A stretch of DNA of 64,000 bases. Source: Lama glama (Eukaryota). Under the pieces are notes generated by a model, which was given only the letters and a program-made list of their open reading frames with translations, had not been told where the DNA came from and ran no database searches. Made by a program: the position numbers and the translations under genes. Below are positions 48,880-61,970 of the stretch, piece by piece. The number at the start of each line of letters is the position of its first letter. Within the stretch, counting starts at the first letter, position 1. The DNA lies in NCBI GenBank assembly GCA_028534125.1, contig CM052816.1, forward strand, positions 90,026,001 to 90,090,000. Reading direction: 5' to 3'.

Positions 48880-50675
48880 CAATTTAAGATCCAAATAAAT
48901 AGAGAGATATTTCATGAATAGGATAGGAAAAGTCAATATTGTCAAGATGTCAGTTTCTCCCAAATTGATCTACAGATTTAACCAAATTCCAAACAAAATC
49001 CTTGAAAGCTTTTTTGTGAAGATCCACAAAGAGATTTTAAAGTTTAAAGGAGAGGCAAAACATCCACGAGGGTCAATTCAATATTCTCAGAGAGGAATAA
49101 CATGGGAGGACTGAAATTACTCAACTTCAAATTTCTTATGAAGCTACGGTGGTCAAGACAGTGTAATATTGGTGAAAGTTAGATAAATAGATCAATGGGA
49201 CAGAAAAATGTCCAAAATAGGCCTACACAATACAGTCAACTGATCTTTAATGAGGAGCAAAGATAATTCAATGGAAAAAAAGAGTACATTTTCAACAAAT
49301 AGTGCTGTAGCAACTAAACATCCACATGCAAAAAAAAAAAAAAAGAAGAAGAAGAAGAAGAATCTGGACAGAGATCTTACAGCCTTCACAAAAATGAACT
49401 CAAAATAGATCACAAACCTAAATATAAAATGCAAGAATGTGAGACTCCTGGAAGATAAAGTGGGAGAAAATCTAGATGACTTTGAATATGAGGATGATTT
49501 TTTAAAATAAATACAAAAACTAAAAAGCAAGAAAGTAAAAAAAAAGTTAGTTTTCTTTAAAATTAAAAACTTTTTCTTTGCAAAAACATTGTTGAGAGAA
49601 TAAGACAATTCAGACACAGAGAAAATCTTTGCAAAACACGTATCTGTTAAAGAACTAATATCCAAGCATACAAAGAACTCTAAAAAAGTTAACAATAAGA
49701 AGACAAACAACTCAATTTAAAAAATCGGTAGAAGACCTGAACAGATACTTTTTCAAGAAGATACACAGATAGCAAATAAGCAAATTAAAAAGTGTTCAAC
49801 ATCACATTTCATTAGGAAATTGCAAATTAAAATAACAGGATACCACTGAAAATCTATTAGCATGGCTAAGATCCAAAACACTGACAACACTAAATGCTGA
49901 CAAGCATGTGGAGCATTAGGAACTCTCATTTATTGCTAATGGGAATGCAAAATGGTACAGCCACTTTGGAAGATAGTTTGGTGGTTTCTTACGAAGCAAA
50001 ACACTCTTATTATGTTATCTAGTAATCTCACTCCTTGGTATATACACAAAAAGGTTGAAATTTTATGTCCATGAAAAACCTGCACATGAATGTTTATAGC
50101 AACTTTATTCATATTTGTCAAAAATTTGGAAGCAATCAAGATGTCCTTCAGTAAGTGAACTGATAAACAGTGATACAACCAGACAATGGAATATTATTCA
50201 ACGCTAAAAAGATATGAGCTTTTAAATCATGAAAATACATGGGGGGATCTTAAATGCCTATTGCTAAGTGAAAGAAGCCGTTCTGAAATAGTCACATACA
50301 GACAAAGTTACGCTGACAGTAACAGTATCAGTGGCGGGGGAGAAGGGACAATTGAACAGACACAACAGAGAGCATTTTTAGGGTACTAAAACTGTACTAT
50401 GTGATACTGTAATGGTGGATAACTGTTATTATACATTTGTCAATACCTATAGAATGTACAATACAAAAAGTGAAGCCTCATGTAAGCTATGGACACTCAT
50501 GTAATAATCATCTATCAATATTGACTCACCAATTACAATGAATGTCACACACTAATGCAAGATGTTAATAGGGGAGACAGTAGGAGGGGCAGAGTGAGTG
50601 GGGAGAAGGAAACTTCTTTCCTTTCAAGTTTTCTGTAGGCTTAAAACTACTCAAAAAAATCTATTAATTAAAAAG
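48880..50675 (+). mobile_element. L1 (L1MC-like): decayed ORF2 3' part and 3' UTR
   Basis: Track ORFs 48914-49114 (RIGKVNIVKMSVSPKLIYRFNQIP) and 50186-50389 (MEYYSTLKRYELL...LLSERSRSE) are L1 ORF2 motifs; many stops and frameshifts. Confidence 0.92.
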
Positions 50676-51011
50676 TGTAAATGCAAAAATCATCAGCTTT
50701 CCAAAACCAAAAATCAGTTAGGCGTCCAAGCAATTATGACTAAGAAGTTCAGATTGGCATCAGCGTCTCCGAGTACCTCTCTATTCCAGAAAGCAATGAA
50801 TTGGCACCTTTAAGTTAATATAGGAAAGAAAGTGTGGCTAAATAATTTTGCACTGAGTCAATGTTATCTTTAGTTACGAAGGCTGTGAAAACAAACAAGC
50901 ATGTTTAAGGTGAAAGGACTCAGAGACTACCGCTTCCAGGAGCTTTCCTGATGAATCGACTTTAAGCTTCAAATGGCCAGCGTGATTGAACTGGTATCAA
51001 TTATTCCTCAA

Positions 51012-51228
51012 TCAGTGGTATGTTGATGGGAGTGCAGATGGTGGGAGCTGTCCATCCTGGCACAGAGGTGTGTTTCATCGCTGCAATTGTTCAAAACTGC
51101 CAGTTCATGGTGCTAATTAAAATCAGACAGATTATAATGAATTTCATTATTGTTTACATTCTCTCATCACCTTCTTACCTACACCCAGGGCTCACCACTA
51201 CCGGCAGCCCGAATGGATGTGCCACGTA
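51012..51228 (-). mobile_element. MER97-like hAT-Tip100 relic
   Basis: cagtggtatg...gtgccac ends; internal attgttcaaaactgccagttcatggtgctaattaaaatcagac resembles the reverse complement of recalled MER97. Confidence 0.5.
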
Positions 51229-52613
51229 AACCAGACAGTCATTGGTTGAGTTTGAAAGAAAACAGAGAGAAATATAAAATATACATGCTATGCTGAGCAT
51301 GAAATTCTCTTTGTCTTATGGACTGCTCTGACAATTTGTTTCCTATTTTGAATTGTTCAGGGGAAATTCGTTAAAAAACAGAGGCAGAAGAATGTACATC
51401 CTATTCCCCGAAGCTGTTGCATTCAGAAACTATGACCCTTTTATCCCAGTATGGGATGATATTATCCTGTTAATGCGTTCTAATCACCTTCCTGTCTGAT
51501 CCATCCTTTCCCCTCCAAAAACTAGAAGATCGTTTTTTTCCCTCCAAAGTAAAGCTGACTTCTTATGGAACTGGTGTCTTCTGGGGATCAAGGTCTCACC
51601 TACTCTTTTTAGTGAGGAGTTGGTGGGGTAGATACGAAAAAAGTAAGAAAAAGTGCTATTAGTAAGTATTTCAATAAGCCAAGCCTTAGTAGGAACAACA
51701 ACATCTAAGTTCTTTTCAGCAGAAGTACAGTTAACTAAAATCTGGCTCCAGTTCCAGTAGCTGCATATAAGTTACATATAATAGGCTGGCAACTGGGCTC
51801 CCTGTTAATCACCATGGAAACAAGATGAATCCAATCACAGGGCAAAATTTATGACCCAGTCATTGCTGTATCTTTCAAATCCCACAAACAAAAACAAATT
51901 TGAGTTTGAAATATGCCTTCAGTGGGATATGTTTTCAGAGGAGATATGTGAATATGCAAATATAGAAAGAAGAAAAAGCTAAAAGTCATTATAGATGTAA
52001 AGTATGTTAGTGTAGCAAGATATTTTTAAATATCTTAAATTATGCTGATTTTGTTTATGGCAATTAGAATTTACATTAGCCTATCAATTACTCCCACATA
52101 GGGGCTTTGAAGCAGGGACTCTCAAATATATTTCTCTTAACCAGCCTGCTTTATGAAGCGATGCCCGCAGGCAGTCCCTACCTCATTATGTCTCCCCATA
52201 GCCCCTTTTTCTCAAATGTTTCTGAAACAGAAAACAAGACTTCCAAAAAATGTGGCATTGGGTAGCCATTCTGGAACATCATAACACAAATGGATGTATA
52301 TATACTTTGGGGATTTTCAAAACAAAAGGAAAAAAAGAAAACTCTCATGCCTTCACTGTAACACTTTATAGTCCATCGTTACACATGCCTGAGAAAAATA
52401 GTGCAACACAAGAAGACAATGTGAAATCTTGGTGATTGAGGTAGAAGGACTTTGGACTTTGGACTCTGGATTTAGTAGTTAACTTAGTTCTGTAAACTGC
52501 TGAGATTTTGTTGCCATTTAATTAAATACTTGGAAATGTTTTCCAAAAAGCATATGATGGAAGGTCAAAAGGTGAAAAATACGGTGGGGGAGTTCCAAGT
52601 ACTTTTGAGAATA

Positions 52614-52780
52614 CAGTCATCCCTTTATATTCCCAGGGGACTGGTTCCAGGAGGCCCACATGGATATCAAAATCCACGGATGCTCATATCAGATGTTTAC
52701 TAGGTCTGTGGCTGTTCATTAGATTCACAGTTGCTGGAGTCTGCAAATGAAGAACCCATGGATCTGCAAGGGTCAAATTG
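52614..52780 (+). mobile_element. MER2-like Tigger MITE (internally deleted)
   Basis: TA|cagtcatccct...ggttccaggagg...aaaatccacggatgctca...agggtcaaattg|TA; terminal inverted repeats and TA TSD. Confidence 0.75.
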
Positions 52781-53299
52781 TATAAATTTAATCAAGTGGT
52801 TTATTTTGTAATAGAACATAATAAATAAACATGGTGATTAAAAAAACCTTAAAAGAGATAATTTTAATATGCACATGAATATTTGAAGTCCCCCTTATGC
52901 ATGTGAAAGTTTAGGAAAAATTGAGAGGAAGGAAAAACAAAAATATGCAAACTTAATGTTGGCAGAACTATAGATAGATGCCAATTAATAGCAGGACTGT
53001 AATAGCCAATTGAATCACTTTAAAAGACACAGAGTAGAAAGTGGAGAAGTAGGAAGTCTGTTCAGTATGAATAACTAAAAGTTAATAAAATATCTACGTA
53101 AAAATAGTTTACTAATAAGGGAAACAGAATAGCATGTCTTAATAACAGATAAAGAACTACTCACTAGATAAATGTTGCCATGTAGAAAAGGACAGTTGAA
53201 GTTATATTTTTTCATGAAATATAAATCAATCAATTCTAAAAAGTAAGAACATAAAGTAGAAATGCAAGAATACATGGAATTTTTGAAAGACAGTAGAAG

Positions 53300-55770
53300 T
53301 AGTTGAATTGGAGATGGTAGAACTTCGGAAAAAAAGTATGAGAAAAAGTAAATTTATTTCACAGAAATAAAATAAAATTGAAGCAACCATGGATGAAAAG
53401 GCATTAAGGAAATAAGAGACGTAGACGTTATAAATGAGAAAAGTAAACAAAATGTGTTGGAAATATATATATGTATTTAATTTTAGAGGAAATGATAAAT
53501 ACAAAACACAAAATTCATTCAATATATGTACAATCAGAACCCTTAAAATTAAATTCAACTATTATAGTAACATAAATATTTATAATTTAGGAACATTTTC
53601 TAAAAGATGCCTTGAAAAAAAGAGAAAGATGCCTTCCAAGGAAGAGCATTCAATATGTGAGGAAAAAACTGACCCAAACTTGTGAATACTGGGATATACA
53701 TTAATTAAATTACTGAACTTCAAAATTAAGGAAAAAATTCTATGGGCAATTAGGGGAAAATAGTAAGGCAAATTTAAGGGGAAAAAATCAGGCTCTGGTA
53801 ACTCCATAATAAAATTCAAGAACAAATGACAATGGTGTGATAGTCATATGATCTTTTTGAAAATAAATTGTGAGCCAAAAATAAACTTAATAGTCCTCAA
53901 AATCAAATCCTATAGTGGAATAATTTTGAGCATACAAGCTTTTTTGGAGGAAACTACTAAAGAACATCCTTAGCCAATCCAAATATTTTTGGTGAAACTA
54001 TAAGAAAATTTAGTGCCAACAAATCTACATTATGGAAAATGTTAAAGGAAATTCTTCATGCAGAAGAAAAATAACACCAGATGGAATCCTGGGGGGAGAA
54101 AATAGCTCTAAAATAGCAAATTTGTGGGGAAGGATAAAGACAAATTTTTTACATTTTAAAAGTTATTTAAAAGACAAATGACAGTTTAAAGCAAAATAAT
54201 AACAATGTATTATTGTTACTTATATACAATGTGTAGAATTAAAAGTAGAACTAAAATGTAAGATAAAAATTATACAAGGATGAGAGGGGATAAATGGGTG
54301 TATTAAGTTATATGCTCCTTACATTATATGTGAAGAGCTTTGTTATTATTTAAAGATAGATTACGATATGATAAAATGCATACTGTTAACCCAAGGAACC
54401 ACTAAAATTTAAAAAAAAGAGGGCTTTTAATAGACTATATTGGAGATAGAATAGACTATTAAAATATACCCAATTATAAATCTAAAAAGACAAGAAAAGA
54501 GGTAAATGAAGGAAAATCAAGCAGATTAAAAACAAATAACCAGGTGGTGTACTGAAATCTAATCATATGATATTTACATTAAGTAAATATGAGTAAATAG
54601 TTGGGGACTGAACACCCCAACTAAAAGACAGATATTTTCAAACTGGAATAAAAAGCAAAATCCAACTACACACGGTCTAAAAGAATCATATGTTAATTGA
54701 AGATGAAGATAGGTTAAAGTAAAAAGAAAAATGATGTAACAGTAAAAATTAATCATAATAAATCTGGATAGCTACATTCACATCAGGCAAAGACTCAAAA
54801 CATGATGTTATCGTAGGCATGGAGAGGAATTTCATAATAATAAAGGATTAACTATTAATCAAAAAGATATAATAGTCCAAAATGTCTATTTATGAACTTA
54901 ATAACAGGGCTCCAAATTACATGAAGTAAAAAGTGACAGATCTAAAACCACAACAAATAAACACACAACTTTCGGGGGAGATTTATTTCAACACTCCTCA
55001 GTAAACTGATAAATTGTATGGACAAGGATATAGAAGACACCAGCACCACCTCAACAACTGCAGAGGAAAATTTTTTTTTCAAATGCACATAGTATGTTCA
55101 CCAAGATAGCCAATAACCAGCATCATAAAATGTCTCAGTGAAAGTCTGATATTGCACAGAACATGTTCTCCGACAATAATGAAATAAAATCAATTAAATA
55201 AAAGTATTCGGAAAATCAATGAGTATTTGGATATTCAATAACACTTCTCTGTCATTGTGCTATACACCTTAAATTTATACAGTGCCTGTATGGCAATCAT
55301 ACCTCAGTAAAACTGAGAAAAAGTAAAGAATGCTTCTAAAAAATTAGAAAGAAGAAGAAATAGCGTGGGGAGTTTTAAAATATTTTGAATTAAATAAAAA
55401 TTAAAATGCAAATTATCAAAAATTACGGGTTGCAGTACTTTGCCGCAAATTTTAGCTTTCAATGATTATGTTAGAGAAAGGTCTAAAATCAGCGTCTAGT
55501 TTGCCGTCCTATGAAACTAGAAATAGAAGATCAAATTATGCTCAGTGTAAGTAGATGGGAGGAAAAAGATAGATTAAAAATAAGATTAAAGTTAAGTGAA
55601 AGAGAAAATGAAACAGAATAGAAAAGTCAATAAAACCAAAAGCTGTTTCTTTGAAATGAATGAGAAAATCAATAGTCATCTACATATTAATCAGGATCAA
55701 AAGAGAGAGGGTGCCCATTACTGATATCCGACATGTTAGAGGGGACATGGAAATAGGCAATAAATGGGTT
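53300..55770 (+). mobile_element. Old L1: ORF1 remnants, spacer and ORF2 endonuclease region
   Basis: ggactgaacaccccaactaaaagacagatattttcaaactggaataaaaagcaaaatccaac corresponds to 'GLNTPIKRQRLSDWIKKQNP'; gggggagatttatttcaacactcctc corresponds to 'GDFNTPL'. Continues at about 57075-57120 after an LTR insertion. Confidence 0.8.
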
Positions 55771-57074
55771 TGTGGATGAAAACATAATCACTAGTCAAGC
55801 TAAGAAAGAAGTGGAAAATTTTGCTCGAGTCAACCTGAGGATTATAACCTGGGAGACAGTCTTTCACAAAGCTCTGAGGACTGTTCCGAATATGTAAGGG
55901 GTGAGGCCAGTGTGTATGTCATTTTGGCAAAGGAGTGCATGCAGTGAAGCGTGCATCTTGGGAGAAGGTTACTGCTATTCTCAAGGAACAGATATCTTAG
56001 TTAATGGTGTTGGTGCTTTCCTAGGTATGGGAAGATGCAAGAAACTGGGTTCATAAAACTTTCTCCTGAAAATACCTAACTATCTTAGGGCCAGTTTTGT
56101 CTATTTTCCTAGAGCACACAGTGCCTCATCCTGATCTTTACCCTGAATTCCTTTCAGGGTGCATTGTAGGTCAGCAACTACAATGGCTAATGACTTGAAT
56201 CTTGTAGAACTGGATTATGGGCAACATTCTTGATTTTACAATCTCCTCTCTTCTGGTCTTAATTTCAACCAAGATTTGGGAAGCATTTTGTGACCAGTTT
56301 GTCTCGTGGCCCTAGAAAAGCTCATTAGCAGGTCAGGTGAGAATTTCATTGATAACTCACTCAATGTGCTATAACTGTACTAAGCCCTCTTAAGAGTAGC
56401 CTGAAGCCTCTGGACCACCTGTCTTACTAGCCTGTTACAATCCAGGAAATAATTGCCTCTGTTGCTTCTTCCCATATCTAGAGTTACACTGTTACAGTCA
56501 TTGATCTCACTGAATCCTATAATTGATTAATTGCTTCAAGTCACCTAGTCATCAACATTTTCATTGGAGGCTCAGTAACACATTTGGTAATGTAAGAAAT
56601 AATCTTGTAAAATAGGCAGAATGTAAGTAATACAGCCAGTAACATTAGTAAAATCATAAGTAAGTATTTAGGTTAAGAACTTCCATTAGTTGCAGCCAGT
56701 CCAGTATCTGCCCAGGTCATCTGATCTAGTCTGTTCCATACCAATTGCTAAATGTGAGGGAAATGATCTATTGGCATTGTACATAAAGTTCACCAAAGAT
56801 GTCTGCATGTACACCATGAGTGGTGGGTCATCATGAACCCTTACAGGATTGACAAAGGAATGCTATCTTTAAAGGAGTCACCTGGCTGGTGTCAGAAGAA
56901 GAAAAATTGATCTTTATAGATAAGTATATATTTCTTCCATTGGGGAAGTCTGGTTAATGCAAAATAAAGGTGCACAACACACGCTGGAGGGGAAGGAGGA
57001 GGCTCAAATGAGCAGAGAAAATTTTTGTTTAAATTTTTCTTGTCTTGCCTTAAAATATGAATTTTATTTCATCA
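55771..57074 (-). mobile_element. Long (about 1.3 kb) ERV1-type LTR element inserted in L1 ORF2
   Basis: tg...ca termini; TSD-like ggtt/gatt; the L1 ORF2-like frame resumes right after (IVKIYFEELYSSKLN, compare IIREYYEQLYANKL). Confidence 0.7.
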
Positions 57075-57464
57075 GATTGTAAAGATCTATTTTGAAGAAC
57101 TTTATTCCAGTAAATTAAATGCACATGTCCGTTGCCGCTTCGTTTCTAAGAAGTGAAGTTGTACAACAACATTAGATGTTCCACTTCAGAGCTCAGGCTC
57201 TTAATCTTATGTACACTGCTGCCAAGTTCATTGCTTTCTTTTAAAAATTTTTTTGGAAGATTTATAATTTAGAGAATTACCAATGTGGTAGGGAACTTAG
57301 ACATTATCTTTTCTAATTCTTTATTTTACTTAAATATAAACACAGCTTTTATTTAATTATTTGCATTATCTCTAAATAACACAAGTATTGGGAAATCACA
57401 GAGATCTCATGACATTTAATTATCATCCCAGCTTTAGATCTTTCTGCCAAAACGAAAAAGATAT

Positions 57465-57895
57465 TGTTAAAAAAAATTTAACTGAGTAAATTTTAAAGAT
57501 CTAATTGGCTTTATTGAACAATTCATGAATTGGACAGCATCCCATGTAGAGAGCAGAGGAGAGATCCAGAGGACTCCAGAAAGGGAAAGATTTTTACAAG
57601 CAAGGACAAGGAAGTCATAAGCAAAAAAAGTTTATTTCAGGTTTAGGTAAACTACAGGGGATGGAAGGGGTCTATGCAGCACATCACCTCATCTTCCTTT
57701 AGGGGATAAGGAAGGCCCACGTGACAGACAACTGGATTGGTGCAGACCAGGAAATTCCTGACTGACAGGTTAAGGCTACATTTCTGGGGACAAATGAAGT
57801 TTCCATTAGGTTAAGTATCAAGCCCTAAGCCTGGGTTTGCTGATGTGGTCGAGCAAACGTGACTCCATTTTGGGGCTGTGGCGTTCTTTTTAACA
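57465..57895 (-). mobile_element. ERV1-type solo LTR (about 430 bp)
   Basis: Inverted termini tgttaaaaa...tttttaaca; minus-strand AATAAA (ctttattg near 57510); gactccatttt motif typical of MER4-group U3. Confidence 0.7.
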
Positions 57896-58713
57896 AAGTC
57901 AGTGGGATACAAGGAGAAGTAAAGTGAGCCAGAGGCACAAAATATAGTAATTGTCTCATATGAGAAATCAGCCCTTTTTATCTGAGAAATGTATCATTAA
58001 AATGTTTGTAACTTCTCAAAGACAACACTGAAGATAATCTGTGTACTCTACATTTATATCCAAAACGCAGTAACAAATTCATCTTAGTATAGGCTGACTG
58101 ACTCATTTCAATGGCACCTTTAAAATCATTGATTTTTAAGACACACAAATGAGTGAATAGCTTGTGCTCATTTAACCATGACCTAAATTAACTAAGGTAT
58201 TGATTACTTTCCTCCTCTGGGCAGAAAAATTGTTTTCTCTCTCTTTTCTGTCTCTCAAGGAAGTAACTAGAACCAGTAAGGATGTCTCACCTTAAAATAT
58301 TTAATCAGAACAAGAATAAGTAACTGAGAGAGGAAGTGTTAATAGAGAGAGAGACAAGTTAAGGCAGCCGTACCCACTACCTTCCTTACACTGCACAGAG
58401 TGTTAGTTCTAAATCCAACTGAACATCTACCATGTGCTGTGACTGGTACCATGATGTAAATACTGCATAAAATGAGCTTGTCGACAGGATGTTTTACCAT
58501 TAAATATCCACTTCTCCACATTGTACAGCTAGCTACCATGTGTGTTCAAAAATGCCACACATATTGAAAGAGAGGTTACTTTTCTTTTTTCCACATTATT
58601 TTATATTTTTATTGCTATCTTTTCTAAAATAAAGGCCATTTCATGTCATTTAGCTGGAACTGAAATGTGTAACAGGCAAAACTAAAAAAAAAATGGTCTT
58701 CATTTTTCTGGTT

Positions 58714-58773
58714 CTTTTTTTTCATTGAAGTGCAGTCAGTTACAATGTGTCAATTTCCGGTGTGCAGCACAAT
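58714..58773 (-). mobile_element. Very short L1 3' tail
   Basis: T-run then cattgaagtgcagtcagttacaatgtgtcaatttccggtgtgcagcacaat. Confidence 0.7.
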
Positions 58774-59109
58774 TACTTTTCAAGAGAAGAAACTGAATGT
58801 CTTCATGTAGGGATCGTTTTTTATGCCTCTAATGAAGGTCAGATCTGTCTAAAAAGAATTCATGGAGAATGAAGTACCACATAAACCAGTACAATAGAAT
58901 GCTCTCAAAGCAAAGAAAGGCAGGTGTTTTTTTTATGATTACCGTGTCAATGTATTGGCAACACAGAGGGTGATATAAATGGAGAAGTATTTTGAGGCCA
59001 AATGAAGAGCAGTGTCATCATTATGTTAATGAGTTTTCTCTTCAGACTAAACCTTCTGAGGGTTTTGTATTGGCTATCTGGCCATAATAAGAAAAAAACA
59101 TATAGTTAT

Positions 59110-59320
59110 ATAAATTTGAGAAATGCTTGGTAAACTCTTTTTTTCTACTGCAAGACTTCTCAGAGCTTTTAATGTGACTTGTGACTGTCTCTGGAAATGA
59201 TCAGAACAGGGGCAGAGAATGTATATTATACAATAATCCCTTAACCTGTTTGACTATAGAATTCTCTCTCTTTTTTTTTTTTACTTAATTTTTTGAGATG
59301 TCTTACTAGCATTTTGGAAA
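59110..59320. mobile_element. hAT-Charlie-like relic
   Basis: ctgcaagacttctcagagcttttaatgtg...cttaacctgtttgactatagaa resembles a recalled Charlie4/MER113-type consensus. Confidence 0.4.
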
Positions 59321-59768
59321 AATAAATAAAAGCAGGTGAGGATACGTTACTGAGAAAAATAATAAGTTATTCCATAAACATGAACATATCAATGATATGA
59401 CAAAGTGAAAAATCCATTAAAATAAATGTATAAAATGCTTTACATAGAAAAGATTAATTCAAAATGATAACTGGGTTCTATAGCAACACTCTCTAATTGA
59501 GAGTGAACACATTAAAAGTCATCCTCATGGTTGGTAAGAATAGAAGATGACAGATAATGGGTGAAAATTTTATGCTGAAACATTGTAGGAAAATCAATAT
59601 TTTGTCATAATTTATAATTGTCCATATTAAACCTTGAAAAATTGAAATATTTATCTATTTATAAATTTAAACTATCTGTACAAGATTCCATTAAAAAGTT
59701 AAATGATAAAATATTGATAAATATATTTTAATACTAATAAGCTGAAGTATTAATATTTTACATAAGCG

Positions 59769-59794
59769 TGTGTGTGTGTGTGTGTGTGTGTGTG
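59769..59794. repeat. (TG)13 microsatellite
   Basis: Read directly. Confidence 0.95.
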
Positions 59795-59799
59795 CACAT

Positions 59800-60050
59800 A
59801 CATCCAAGTTTAAAGAAGTGAACAACCCAGTAGAAAAATAAATGCTGACTTTGAATAGGCAATTTACAGAAAGAGAAATACAAATAACCGGTACATTTAT
59901 AAAAAAAAAGTTCAACCTCACTAATAATGAATTGCAAAGGGAAAAGAACACAAGCTATTATTTTTGGTTTTTAATTATTAAAGCTTAAAACACCTGAAAT
60001 AATCCAATGTTGGTGAAGTAATGGGGAACCAGACAAATTCCACTGAGGAA
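59800..60050 (+). mobile_element. Old L1 ORF2 3' relic
   Basis: aacaacccagtagaaaaataaatgctgactttgaataggcaatttacagaaagagaaatacaaata...ttcaacctcactaat. Confidence 0.65.
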
Positions 60051-60237
60051 AGAAAATAGTACTTTTTAGAGACCAATTTAGAATCAGGTCTTTATCAATA
60101 TCTTCTATCAGGTATTTGATAAGATATGTGATAATCTGTTAAAATGAACAATTTCTGGGAGTGAGGTTAGTGACAAGCAACCAGGAGAAATAAATTTTTT
60201 CACTTCTTACATCATGTATATTTTACATTGAAAATAA

Positions 60238-61155
60238 TGTAGTGACTGCAATACTGCAGTTTATAAGAAAAATATAGATTTGGTTAATCAGATGACCAAA
60301 ATACATTACTCTTATAGATTTGGTCTTCATCCATGGTTCCTGGCTCACAGCTCCCAACACCCTTGGAATTTCCTGAAAGTTGAGAGTGATAAATGTGTCT
60401 TTTGTGATGTTAGCGAAGTGACTTTAGGAAAGCACTGAAGAAGGGGACTGGTTGCCTGAGGAGCAACCCATGACCAGAGGGTAGGAACCTTCAGTCTCAC
60501 CCCTGACCTCCTGGGAGTGGTGAGGAGCTGAAGATTGAGTCCTAGTGCTAACGGTCAATGATTTAATCAGTTATGCCTACATATGAGACCTCCCTAACAA
60601 CCCAAAAGGACAGGGTTCACGGAGCTTCCAGGTTGATGAGCTCATGAGGATGTGGGGAAAGTGACACCCTGGAGAGGACGTGGAAACTGTGAGACCCTTC
60701 CCACATAACTTGCCTTACTCATCTTTTCCATCTGGCTGTTCGTAAGTTATATGTATATTTTTTATAATGAACCAGTGCCCAGTAAGTAAAATGTCTCAAA
60801 GTTCTGTGAACTGTTCTAAGAGATTAAACAAACCCAAAAAAGGGGTAGTTGAACCCTGTGATCTAACAGCCTGAACTTTGACTGCATCTGAATTCCAAGC
60901 AGGGCATTGTGGGAACCCCCAATCTATAGCCAGTTGGTCAGAAGCACAGGTGACAGCCTGAATTTGCAATTGGTGTCTCAGGTGGAGGAGAGGAGATAGC
61001 CTTGTAGGACTTAACCTTTAACCTGTGAAATCTGATGCTATAGCTGGGTGAAGAGTGTCAGAACTGAGATAAATTGTAGGACATCCAGCTGATGTCTGAA
61101 TTCTGGAAGGTGTAGGGAAACCACACACACACACACACCTTGAAATTGGTTCCAG
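60238..61155 (+). mobile_element. MER21-like solo LTR
   Basis: atttggtcttcatccatggttcctggctcacagctcccaacacccttggaatttcctg...cccaaaaggacagggttcacggagcttccagg...gccagttggtcagaagcacaggtgac matches recalled MER21B/C. Confidence 0.85.
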
Positions 61156-61619
61156 GAAATCCATTAGGGATCAAAAATAAAGATGAATGCACTAAGGTAG
61201 TGAATGTGTAATGAAAATTGTAATTTAAGCAATCTTTCAAGATAAAAAGTTTGATTTTTTTAATTTGGATAATCAAACACTGAAATTTAGAGTAGAATGT
61301 ATCTATAGTGTATAAATGCTCAGAAACAGAAAATTCTCATTTTAAACCATTTCCAAATATAGAATGCTCATTACTAGAATGACAAATTTATAATAACATA
61401 ATAATAAGTAGAAAATATACATCATATTACACTACATTAACGCAAACCATACATTATGTTATAATATACCTTCGTAATATACAATGCCTTGGTTCACTGA
61501 GAAGATGATAATGTTCCAGAAAGTGATACTCTATAGCTGATAAGAACACAGGCAAGGAAAGGATTCAAACCTGGGCCCCCTTATTTATCAGTGGAGTCAC
61601 TATGGGTCATCGTCCTACG

Positions 61620-61970
61620 GAGGCTTTGTCCCTGGTGTTTTCTCTATCTGAAATGCTCTTACTTAATCATCGCCATGGTTCTTCCCCTCACTGGACTCAT
61701 ATACTAGCACATACATGAGAGCTGTCAACCCAATTACCTGTTTAAAATAGCAACACCAACTTTTATGTCATTACTCACCATTCCACATTCTGCCTAGATT
61801 TTCCTCTTGATCCTTATCAAGACCAAGAAAATATGCTTACTTTTAGTGACTATCTCCGTTGCTAGATTGTAAACTCCTTGACCTTAGGGTTGTGCGTATC
61901 TTTGTTCACAGAACAAGACAGTCAACATAGCAAACATTCAGCAACTATTTGTAGAATAAATGAATGAGGA
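61620..61970 (+). mobile_element. L2 3'-end relic, flanked by MIR fragments
   Basis: ctagattgtaaactccttg...tttgttcac...actatttgtagaataaatgaatga; MIR-like ctgagcctcatttcctcatttataatacc follows. Confidence 0.65.

Noticed and set aside
49192..49710. Longest ORF in the track (172 aa, hydrophobic)
   Set aside because: Antisense frame of A-rich L1 ORF2; the Phe/Leu richness is compositional.
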